This document shows positions 25,846 to 34,092 of a DNA stretch of 64,000 bases, piece after piece (the stretch's first letter is position 1; each line of letters opens with the position of its first letter). This DNA is from a virus. The DNA lies in IMG/VR virus record IMGVR_UViG_3300045988_170206, positions 64,001-128,000 of that record. One strand, 5' to 3'. The notes under the pieces are model-generated. The model did no database searches and was not told where the DNA came from. It saw nothing but the letters and a program-made list of their open reading frames with translations. Both the position numbers and the translations under genes were made by a program.

Positions 25846-27039
25846 ATGCTCACACGCGCCCGACGAGTACTCCTCGCTCTCATCGCCGCGGCCACCGTCA
25901 TGCTGCCGCTCACCCCAGCTCCCGCATACGCTCTCCCAGCCAACCCCAATGTCTCCGATGAGGTCATCGAGGCGAACTGGGCGACCCTATCCGCTGAGCA
26001 GCAGGAAGCAGCCAAGCAGGTTGTTGCAGAAGCCAAGGCCGAAGGCTACTCGGCGGAGGCCGCAGCGGCCATCGCCGGTAACTTCTGGCGCGAGTCCCAC
26101 TTCAACGTGGACGCAGTGAACGCCTCATCGGGCGCGTGTGGCATGTACCAGGCCCTCGGAGATCGACAGACCCTCCTGTTCACCTACAACGGAGTCTCAG
26201 GCTGTTCAGGCCTCAAAGCCAAAGAAACCACCCAAGCGGCGCTCGCGGACGGACGCAGCGAATGGCTCGGCTGGCCCACCACCAGCAGCATCTACGGCGG
26301 CATGGCATCCTACGCGCTCAACGAAGCCGACACCTGGGGCATCACCGGCGGCACCGTCCCCTCCGCCGACGACTCATTCGGGAGCCTCGAAGGCTTCAAG
26401 AGCACCGACAACTGGTACTTCGCGACCTGGATCTGGATGACGAACTGGGAAGCCCCCGGCGCAGCTGAAGCAGGCTTCATGGAGCGCGCCTCCTACGCTG
26501 CAACCGTCCTCAAGAAAGTCGGCAACACCGACCCCACCGCAAAGTCCACCACAAGCGGCGCACAGTCCGGCTCAGGCGGGGGAGTCCTCGACGAGTGGTC
26601 CCTCCCTGGTATGCCCAAGAAACCCGAAATCACTAAAGGCCAGTCCCTCACGTTCGCGGACGGTTCACAGCTCACGGCGAAGCAGCGCGCAAACGCCTCC
26701 GACCTGAAAACGCAGCTCGAAGAAGAACGGGACCGAGAAGCAGCTGAGTCAGCTCGAACATGGGTCGCCGTCGTCGGTGTCGTCCTGTTTGTCTACGCTC
26801 TCGTCATCCTCCTAGCCCTCCTGATCGACCTGTCGTTCCCGCTGTTCTCTGTCCTCAAGGGTGTGACCTTCGGGCGGATCAAGTACTCACCGCTACCAGC
26901 CGACGAGCGCCCGAAAGGCACCTACGGAGTCGCCGGAGTCCTAGCCACCTGTTTCGCCTTCGCAGCCCTCGGTGCCCTCATCTTCACGGGCGTGATCCAA
27001 ACCTGGCTCGCGCACCTCGTCATCGCTCTCACCTCTTGA
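25846..27039 (+). CDS. secreted peptidoglycan-hydrolase-like protein (phage-tail-lysozyme-type domain) with C-terminal membrane anchor
   Basis: Signal peptide LLALIAAATVMLPLTPAPAYA. AAAIAGNFWRESHFNVDAVNASSGACGMYQALGDRQ fits the GNxxxES...G.GxxQ pattern of tail-lysozyme-type muramidases. The C-terminus has an LPGMP motif plus about 3 TM segments. Confidence 0.55.
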   Translation: MLTRARRVLLALIAAATVMLPLTPAPAYALPANPNVSDEVIEANWATLSAEQQEAAKQVVAEAKAEGYSAEAAAAIAGNFWRESHFNVDAVNASSGACGMYQALGDRQTLLFTYNGVSGCSGLKAKETTQAALADGRSEWLGWPTTSSIYGGMASYALNEADTWGITGGTVPSADDSFGSLEGFKSTDNWYFATWIWMTNWEAPGAAEAGFMERASYAATVLKKVGNTDPTAKSTTSGAQSGSGGGVLDEWSLPGMPKKPEITKGQSLTFADGSQLTAKQRANASDLKTQLEEERDREAAESARTWVAVVGVVLFVYALVILLALLIDLSFPLFSVLKGVTFGRIKYSPLPADERPKGTYGVAGVLATCFAFAALGALIFTGVIQTWLAHLVIALTS

Positions 27040-27052
27040 AAGGAACCCTCCC

Positions 27053-27736
27053 ATGACCCGCCAGTCCGAAACCGACTTCGCAACGAACCTCGTCACCAAG
27101 TACGGGCAGCAATGCGCCGAGCTCTTCGCCCTGTTCCTCCACACCATCCCCCTCGGATGCTCATGGGCGTTCCTGCACCCCCAGCAGGTCGAAGACCTTG
27201 GCCTGCCCTGCAACCCAGAAGGCCCCGTCCCCCTCATCTGGGATCCCCAACACAAAGCGGTCACCACTCGCACCGCCGCCAACGCGAACGCCTCCACCCT
27301 GACGTTCGTCCTCATCCCCGTCGTCGGTGGCTTCATCCTCGAAACCGCCTACAGCGTCGCCGTCAACGTCATCGAACAGTGCGGGGGACTCTACGACGAA
27401 GACATCCTCACGACAGCGGGGGAGAGCCGCACCAAAGCCAAGGAGCTGTTCGCTAAGCGCCTCGAAAAAGCAATCAACGACGGTGGCGAGCTCCGCTTCG
27501 GCTACTACTGCGTCAACGGCTCCCAGACGATCACCATGAACGGTGTCGCCTACCCCGCCTACTCGCTCCCACTACGCGCCATCGCCGAAATCGCAGCACA
27601 ACAGGGCCTCTCCTTCCGCGTCCCCCAACATGCCCCCATCCTGGCCTCCACTGTCGCCGCAAGCCCCTGGGACACCCTCTCCCGATCAGTTGCAGCCCCC
27701 TCTGGCAACGCAATCCTCGGATCCCTCGCCCGCTGA
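27053..27736 (+). CDS. hypothetical protein (227 aa) sharing the TMNGVAYPA C-module
   Basis: GAAAGGAA SD. The C-terminus is GSQTITMNGVAYPAYSLPLRAI...PSGNAILGSL. Confidence 0.65.
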   Translation: MTRQSETDFATNLVTKYGQQCAELFALFLHTIPLGCSWAFLHPQQVEDLGLPCNPEGPVPLIWDPQHKAVTTRTAANANASTLTFVLIPVVGGFILETAYSVAVNVIEQCGGLYDEDILTTAGESRTKAKELFAKRLEKAINDGGELRFGYYCVNGSQTITMNGVAYPAYSLPLRAIAEIAAQQGLSFRVPQHAPILASTVAASPWDTLSRSVAAPSGNAILGSLAR

Positions 27737-27747
27737 AAGACACTGCC

Positions 27748-28374
27748 ATGTTCATCCACATTCCAGAGCGCCCCACCCATGAAGGCATCGCCCCCACCCT
27801 CGAACTCCAGATCCGCGCCCGACTGGACAACGCCCCGACAGAACCCGCCAGTGAAGCTGTCACCATCAGCTCACCCCAATACGAGACCTTCATCGCGCAA
27901 TGCACAGAAGCTCTCCAGCGCGACAAGTCCATCGACCTCGAAGTCTCACCCGCGAGCGCAAACGACACTGAGACCATCACCATCGTCAATGACTCCGGCA
28001 TCACCGTAGAAGACATGCGCGAAACCCTGAACGACCTCATTGGAGACGCGCCCGACATCGGAGTCACGATTAGCGTCAACGACGGCCAGTACACCATCAC
28101 TCTGACCGCCGTCCCCGACCTGCCCGTCCTCGAAGCCCACGTCGAAACACTCACCTGGTCCGCAGATGGACACACCCTCACGCCCACCATCCACACAACA
28201 ACGGGAACCGAGATCCCCACATGGACCCCGGCGATCCTCGCTCAAACCGAAGCGTACCCAGGTGGGACCGTCCGCTACGTCGATACCACCTACGGGCCGA
28301 TCCCCTGCACCCCACAGGGGACAGTCATCATCGACGCAGCCATAGCCACCTCAATACACCACGCCAGCGTGTAA
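27748..28374 (+). CDS. hypothetical protein (208 aa)
   Basis: Long ORF in operon context. No motif recognised. Confidence 0.6.
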   Translation: MFIHIPERPTHEGIAPTLELQIRARLDNAPTEPASEAVTISSPQYETFIAQCTEALQRDKSIDLEVSPASANDTETITIVNDSGITVEDMRETLNDLIGDAPDIGVTISVNDGQYTITLTAVPDLPVLEAHVETLTWSADGHTLTPTIHTTTGTEIPTWTPAILAQTEAYPGGTVRYVDTTYGPIPCTPQGTVIIDAAIATSIHHASV

Positions 28375-28461
28375 CACTCCTTCCGCATCCCTTCCAGTTG
28401 GTACCCTTAAAGAAACTAGGGCAAAAGCCCCGGTTATGGCACCCGCAGGAAGGGAGGCGCT

Positions 28462-28728
28462 GTGCGCCGCTACATCGAACAAACCACACAGCCCGACGGG
28501 ACCGTCACTGAGACCCCCGTTGACGGCATCGTGCTCACCGAGCGCGAGTACCAGGAACAGCGCGACCAGCTGGAAACCCTCATCGTCACCGCCGACACCT
28601 TCCTCCAGCAAGCACAAAGCGCCCTCGACTCCCTCATGGACACCTACAGGGCACAGCGCCCCACCGACAAGGCGTACCTCGCAGCCTTCGGTCTCGAAGA
28701 CGACCCCCAGCCCGAAACCATCCTCTAA
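28462..28728 (+). CDS. hypothetical protein (88 aa)
   Basis: GTG start preceded by GGAAGGGAGG. Ordinary composition, predicted helical. Confidence 0.5.
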   Translation: MRRYIEQTTQPDGTVTETPVDGIVLTEREYQEQRDQLETLIVTADTFLQQAQSALDSLMDTYRAQRPTDKAYLAAFGLEDDPQPETIL

Positions 28729-28749
28729 GCTCCCATCGAACGGATCACC

Positions 28750-30564
28750 ATGAACGACTACAACGACATTGAAGACCTCGACGAGACGACGGAAGACACC
28801 ATCGTCCTGAACCTTGATGACGACATTGACGACCTTGACGAAGCCGACCTCGAGACCCCAGACGAGGATGAGGACGACTACGACGAATACGAGGACGACG
28901 AAGATGACGATGATGAAGACGAGGACGACGTAACCTCAGCTCCCGTCACCACCTTCGCGCTCACCCCACTACGAGACGAGGCCGACAAGGCCGACGAGGA
29001 TGCTGCGGACGACAGCGACGAAGCGCCCGAGGATGATACGGACCTCAACGAGGGCGCTGACGACGAAACCAGCACCGACACCGAGGGCACTCCCTTCCGC
29101 ATCGACATCGACACGGACAACCTCGACAGTGCGGCAGTCGAAGCGATCAGTAGCGTCAACGACGTTGTGACCGTCAAGAGCGACGCATACTCTGTCCGCT
29201 ACACGCACATCAGCCCTCACCAGGTCGTCGGCACCAAGCCCGTCAAGGACTACCGCGCCGACACCTACAGCGGACTCTTCAACGTGATCCGCGAAATGGG
29301 GGTTATCGTCCCCGTCGTCGTCACGCCGCTCGCTGAGTACGCCGACTTCCTCGCCGCCAACAACATCACCACAGGCGCAGAAGCCGACGAGCTCGGCTAC
29401 GCGGGCCCACGCTACCGAGTCCTCGACGGGTGGCGACGAATCTTCGCGTCCCTCAAGAACCATCATGACGAGATCCCCGCCGCCGTCGTCACCTTCCACG
29501 ACCCCGAGGTTGGGCGCGACCTATCCAACCTCATGCACCTCGTCCTCAACCGCACCCAGGAGCACACGTGGCCCGAGAAGTGGGCGATGCAGCAAGTGTT
29601 GGAAGAGTCTTACTCTCTCACCCCATCCATGCTCGACTGGCTCCTCCTCATCGAGCCGGGCGACTCCATGCGCCTCAAGGAAGTCATGCTCGCCGAGTAC
29701 CCCGAAGTGACTGAGGGCTTCCTGTCGGGCAAGAAAGACCTCACACGGTCCTACAAGGCCCTCGAAAAGCTCCGCAAGGCAGAAGCGAACCCAACGGCAG
29801 GCGACGACGACCGGAAGATCTCCAGCGTTGACGAAGCCGGCGACCTCGCAGCCGCCGACACGGAAGATGCCCCCCTTACCGACGAGGAAGTCAAGAACCT
29901 CCTCGAAATGGGCGACGAACTCCGCGAAGTCCGCGACCTCCTCAACAAGGAAGCCGACACCGACGACGCAGACATCGACGATGAGAACTACGGCGGCGAC
30001 CCCATCCCCGAAAACGCAGCCGAACAGGTCGGCTTCGAGGGCGGCGACGACGACGAGGACATGTTCGGCGAAGTCGATGAGAACACCGTCCAGGACACGA
30101 AGGACCGAAAGCCCCTCTCCAAGGAGCTACGCACGGCGATCCTCGCGCGCGACGAGTTCACCTGCCAGGCCTGCGGCTACGGCAAGGGCATCACGTCCAT
30201 GGTTCACCTCGGACAGCTCGAAGCCCACCACAAGACCAGCGTCTACGTGGGCGGCTCTGACGCGATGAGCAACTTCGTGACGCTCTGCCAGCGCTGCCAC
30301 GGCCTCGTGCACATCCTCGCTGGCTTCAACGCCAAGATCGGCATGACCAAGGAAGAGTTCGAGAACGTCCCCGACAACGATCAGACGATGTTCCGCGTCT
30401 GCATCAAGCTCGCAAAGGTCATCCTTAAGGCTGAGGAGGAGACCGGCAAGGCGCTCAGGAAGTACAAGCCTGTGCGCAACCCGTTCTGGGAGCAGCAGAA
30501 GCAGGCGCAAGAAGTCGTCAAAACCCTAAAGGGTGAGGAAGCATTGGAGGATACAGCGCAATGA
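28750..30564 (+). CDS. ParB-N (ParB/Srx nuclease-like) domain fused to a C-terminal HNH endonuclease, with a poly-acidic N-terminus
   Basis: GLFNVIREMGVIVPVVV...YRVLDGWRRIFAS is ParB N-domain-like. CQACGY...LEAHHKTSVYVGGSDAMSNFVTLCQRCHGLVH is an HNH motif. The N-terminus contains DDYDEYEDDEDDDDEDEDD. Confidence 0.65.
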   Translation: MNDYNDIEDLDETTEDTIVLNLDDDIDDLDEADLETPDEDEDDYDEYEDDEDDDDEDEDDVTSAPVTTFALTPLRDEADKADEDAADDSDEAPEDDTDLNEGADDETSTDTEGTPFRIDIDTDNLDSAAVEAISSVNDVVTVKSDAYSVRYTHISPHQVVGTKPVKDYRADTYSGLFNVIREMGVIVPVVVTPLAEYADFLAANNITTGAEADELGYAGPRYRVLDGWRRIFASLKNHHDEIPAAVVTFHDPEVGRDLSNLMHLVLNRTQEHTWPEKWAMQQVLEESYSLTPSMLDWLLLIEPGDSMRLKEVMLAEYPEVTEGFLSGKKDLTRSYKALEKLRKAEANPTAGDDDRKISSVDEAGDLAAADTEDAPLTDEEVKNLLEMGDELREVRDLLNKEADTDDADIDDENYGGDPIPENAAEQVGFEGGDDDEDMFGEVDENTVQDTKDRKPLSKELRTAILARDEFTCQACGYGKGITSMVHLGQLEAHHKTSVYVGGSDAMSNFVTLCQRCHGLVHILAGFNAKIGMTKEEFENVPDNDQTMFRVCIKLAKVILKAEEETGKALRKYKPVRNPFWEQQKQAQEVVKTLKGEEALEDTAQ

Positions 30565-31724
30565 CAACATGGGTTTACTTCCAGAGGCCAGGTTTTGCTC
30601 TCTACCAGGAGGACGGTGGCGTGCTCACGTCCACCGCACAGACCGTCAAGCGCGCCCAAGCCCTGCGTGACATGGCGACGCGACGCGCGCCCAACCTGCA
30701 AGCCGCACCCTACAACCCGGCAGGCTACGAGTACTGCGCCTACGATGGGCAACGAGTCGTTAGCCTGTTCTCCCGAGACGGCCTCACCATCACCCCCGGC
30801 ACCGTCGTCAAGACAGACCAGGGCAACAAGACCCTCGCGCAGGTTCTCGCCGACTACGAGATCACCGACCAGGGTATCGACCCCAAGGCCGCGGCGTGGG
30901 ACATCCAAGCCCTCCGTGAGGCCGTTCGATACGCCAATGCCTACATGCTCACCCGCATCGACCCCCAAGACGATGGTCCCTTCAAGCCGGCCGGATTCAC
31001 ACGGCCAATCTACTGGGCTCTCACGCGCCCCGAAACTGACACCGAGTGCATCCTGCGCACGTGTTGCTATACGCAAGGAACCCCCCAGGCCCACAAGCCC
31101 ACCCTCGAGGCCCGCATCGGCAACTCCGGCTACTTCCTCGTCTCCCTCCCCAAGGACTGCATCCCCCTGTTCGACGGAACAGGAGCGACCCCTACGCAGG
31201 AAATGCTACGAGCGCTCGCCCGAGCGGTAGACGACGCAGCCGCCAACCCCTTCTGCCTCGAACGAGACATTAAGGGCGTAGCCTATGCCCTTACCCGCGG
31301 CGGCGAACGTCTTGAGTTCTGCCTCGAAAACGTCGGCTCCTTTACCTACACGGGCGACGACTTCGTAGCACACGAGAGTCATGGCGACCCTGCATACACC
31401 ATGGGCCGCTCCATGCTCGTCAAGGGAGCACTCAAGAACTACGGTGGGGGGTGCTTCGCCGGCGTGTATGAGATCATCGACACTCTCGTTCGACAGAGAG
31501 GCGACCGCTCCGACCGTCCCTTACTGTCCGTTGACAGGTATCGAGCTGCGCGAAACGGCAAGTGGGACGTGTACGCCGATGCGCGCACCCCCTACGTGCC
31601 GTCACGCAGCACGCACCCCGAAACTCGACGCAACGAGCCGTACAGCACCTACGACCGCTACGTCATGCACTACAGGAACCTCATCAAAGCCGACGCAGTA
31701 AACGTGACCCCACGAGCAGACTAG
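30561..31724 (+). CDS. hypothetical protein (387 aa)
   Basis: ATGA overlap with the previous gene. Long ORF. No motif recognised. Confidence 0.65.
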   Translation: MTTWVYFQRPGFALYQEDGGVLTSTAQTVKRAQALRDMATRRAPNLQAAPYNPAGYEYCAYDGQRVVSLFSRDGLTITPGTVVKTDQGNKTLAQVLADYEITDQGIDPKAAAWDIQALREAVRYANAYMLTRIDPQDDGPFKPAGFTRPIYWALTRPETDTECILRTCCYTQGTPQAHKPTLEARIGNSGYFLVSLPKDCIPLFDGTGATPTQEMLRALARAVDDAAANPFCLERDIKGVAYALTRGGERLEFCLENVGSFTYTGDDFVAHESHGDPAYTMGRSMLVKGALKNYGGGCFAGVYEIIDTLVRQRGDRSDRPLLSVDRYRAARNGKWDVYADARTPYVPSRSTHPETRRNEPYSTYDRYVMHYRNLIKADAVNVTPRAD

Positions 31725-31732
31725 GCCAGCAT

Positions 31733-32398
31733 ATGAACATGCCCCGTAGTGCCATTGCGCGACGTAACGCCCGCCAGGCGCACACCCATGAGGCGCGCAG
31801 CCGTCTCGAATGGGCGGCAGAAGTCCGCGCCATCCTCGAAGCCGCCGCCACTACCTTCGACGAGACCGTGGTCCAGCAACAGATCACGGTCCCAGCGAAC
31901 CGCACGCGCGGCCCAGTGCAAGCACGAGGCATCCTGGACATGTGCCAGGCCCTCAGCATCGTAGGCATGGCTACCAGCACTCCAACCGGCGATATCATCC
32001 TCACCCTCGCCGGCCACGCCGACCGAATGCAAGCAGCACTCCACCTCGCCCACAGCTACCTCGAGGCCGAACACCTACACCTCAGCCGAGCACACACCGA
32101 CCGCCCCGGCGTAACCCTCAGCCCCGCCAAGGCGCGCCAAAAAACCTACGGGATACTCCTGAGTGCAGCAGCCGAAGCCTCCACCATCATCCGCACAACC
32201 CGCCCCTTCAACGTGCCACTCGACCGGGAGGATGTTGAAGCGGCGCACGCAGTCCTCAGTCAGGGGTGGGTCGGATCAGCCTACCGAGAGCAGCCCCTCC
32301 TAGCTGCCGAAGAAGGGTGTCGCGAGTATGAGAGAATCTATCTCTCGGTTAGTCAAAAACCCCTCGTCAAGTCGTACAGAAAGAACAGCCCGCGATGA
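31733..32398 (+). CDS. hypothetical protein (221 aa)
   Basis: ORF 31562.. trimmed to the ATG at 31733 (MNMPRSAIARRN...), just after the previous stop. Confidence 0.6.
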   Translation: MNMPRSAIARRNARQAHTHEARSRLEWAAEVRAILEAAATTFDETVVQQQITVPANRTRGPVQARGILDMCQALSIVGMATSTPTGDIILTLAGHADRMQAALHLAHSYLEAEHLHLSRAHTDRPGVTLSPAKARQKTYGILLSAAAEASTIIRTTRPFNVPLDREDVEAAHAVLSQGWVGSAYREQPLLAAEEGCREYERIYLSVSQKPLVKSYRKNSPR

Positions 32399-33729
32399 AC
32401 CCACTCCGCACGCCCCGTCACCTCCATCGAGCGTGGCGGGGCTCCGTCGCCCTCACCTTCCTCCTTGCCCTCGTTCTCACGTTCTTCGCACACCCCGCTA
32501 AGGCGTTCACCGAAGACCAGGGACACAACCTCAAGGCCAAGCCCTCCACCTGGTGCCAGTGGTGCGCCGACAGTGACTTCGGGTACGACCCAAACGAAGA
32601 GCGCGGCATGATTACCAACGCCGGAGCAACCATGGGCGAGGCGGCGTGCGGTAACTTCTCCTTCGCATTCATGGAACTTCGCGCGGGAGTTAAAGCCCGC
32701 GGCTCCTACACCGTCAACGACATGCGCGCCGAAGCCATCAAACTGATGCAGGCAGGCAAAGATAGCCCATTCAGCGATGACGGTTGGCTCTACCAGCTCA
32801 ATCCCGAAGGCTTCGCCCAGGGAGTCTCCAACATGACCGGCGGACAGCTCACCGTCGAAGTCCAAGGCGACACCAGCGGAGCGGGACTGGGAGCCAACAA
32901 GTTCACCGAAGACGACGTGCGCCAAGCCATGAACGACGGCTACTTCGTCATCTTCATGGTCCAAACCGACACCGGCGGACGACACTGGATCGCCGGCGAC
33001 TACGTGGAAGGCAACACCGTCCACACCATAGACTCAGGACGACCCCTCACCACCCTCGACCGCTCCCAATACCCCGGCGGTATCGGCCCAATCCTCAAGT
33101 TCTCCCGCACCGACGGCAAGAAACTCCAAGACCTCCCCACCATCGACGACGCAGCCACCAGCGTCGGCGGCAACAACAGCGGTGACACCGCCACCGCAAC
33201 CGACACCGGCATCATCAGCGACCTCGACCTACCCGGTATGCCACCTCGCACCGTCGGACAAAACCACCAGCTCTCCGAAGCCGACAAGCTCGCCTTCGCG
33301 AAAGACACCCTCAAGTTCGCTAACTACACGAACCTGAACACTACACAGAAAGACAACGTTGACCAGATCGTCGCACAGCGACAGCTCGAACAAGACCGCA
33401 AAGTATCGGACTGGTTCAGCACCGGCGCAGCCGTCATCGGCATCATCCTGTTCCTGTACGCCCTCGTCATCGTCCTCGCATTCCTGTTCGACCTCGCCTT
33501 CCCACTGTTCTCTCTCCTCAAGATCGCGACAGCCGGCTCCCTGACTGTGCATCACGAGTCGCAAAGCCGTGCGGGCGTGAAAGAGCTGGGAGCTCCACCT
33601 CGAGGCCGTTGGGCGACATGGGGGAATGTGTTTGTGACTGCCGGGCTGGTCGCAGCGTTGGGTGGTTTGCTCATCAGCGGGACGCTGGTTAGGTGGGTTG
33701 CGTTGTTCGTGCAGATGCTCTACATGTGA
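32395..33729 (+). CDS. secreted putative papain-fold cysteine peptidase with the same C-terminal membrane anchor as 25846..27039
   Basis: Signal/TM segment VALTFLLALVLTFFAHPAKA. The candidate catalytic Cys is in GEAACGNFSFAF and the candidate His in GGRHWIAGDY. The LPGMP motif and C-terminal TM module are homologous to those of the lysozyme-like protein. Confidence 0.45.
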   Translation: MNPLRTPRHLHRAWRGSVALTFLLALVLTFFAHPAKAFTEDQGHNLKAKPSTWCQWCADSDFGYDPNEERGMITNAGATMGEAACGNFSFAFMELRAGVKARGSYTVNDMRAEAIKLMQAGKDSPFSDDGWLYQLNPEGFAQGVSNMTGGQLTVEVQGDTSGAGLGANKFTEDDVRQAMNDGYFVIFMVQTDTGGRHWIAGDYVEGNTVHTIDSGRPLTTLDRSQYPGGIGPILKFSRTDGKKLQDLPTIDDAATSVGGNNSGDTATATDTGIISDLDLPGMPPRTVGQNHQLSEADKLAFAKDTLKFANYTNLNTTQKDNVDQIVAQRQLEQDRKVSDWFSTGAAVIGIILFLYALVIVLAFLFDLAFPLFSLLKIATAGSLTVHHESQSRAGVKELGAPPRGRWATWGNVFVTAGLVAALGGLLISGTLVRWVALFVQMLYM

Positions 33730-33752
33730 CAGGTGAGCATAACCCCTGCATA

Positions 33753-33774
33753 CCTGTGATCTAGTTAACCAGTT
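33753..33774 (+). promoter_or_regulatory. 22-nt box CCTGTGATCTAGTTAACCAGTT (copy 1), followed by hairpin 33776-33802
   Basis: Near-identical to 40285-40306 and partly to 47723-47744. The core TCTAGTTAACC resembles the iterons at 4.2-4.65 kb. Confidence 0.6.
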
Positions 33775-33878
33775 TCCGGGTTGCGCACACAAAACAACCC
33801 GGCCTACACTAAACCCATCACAAACAACACATAATTTAAGAGCGTCCCCTGAACCGCCCTGGATCAGGGGAGCACCCC

Positions 33879-33967
33879 GGAAAGGTGCCCGAGTGGCTGA
33901 AGGGGCCTCCCTGCTAAGGAGGTAAACAGAGGAATCTGTTTCGCGGGTTCGAATCCCGCTCTTTCCG
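33879..33967 (+). tRNA. tRNA-Ser (anticodon GCT), type II
   Basis: Hand-folded. Acceptor GGAAAGG/TCTTTCC, anticodon arm CCTCC-CTGCTAA-GGAGG, long variable arm AAACAG-aggaat-CTGTTT, T arm GCGGG-TTCGAAT-CCCGC. No encoded CCA. Confidence 0.85.
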
Positions 33968-33969
33968 CA

Positions 33970-34046
33970 GGACGCGAGAAGCGCCTGAGACGAGTTACTT
34001 CATTTGGATCGAAACTACACTCGACTCAACTTTTTCTCTCGCGTCC
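33970..34046 (+). ncRNA. structured non-tRNA element 1 (Y-RNA candidate)
   Basis: Closing stem GGACGCGAG/CTCGCGTCC (9 bp). Inner stem GAGACGAGT/ACTCGACTC (1 mismatch). It shares a ~28-nt block (GAGTTACTTCATTTGGATCGAAACTACAC) with 36206.. It lies between tRNA-Ser and the Ro60-like gene. No ORF. Confidence 0.45.
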
Positions 34047-34092
34047 CCCACTTTTGCCCAAAACACAACCAGAACCCAGAAAGGAGAGCGTC

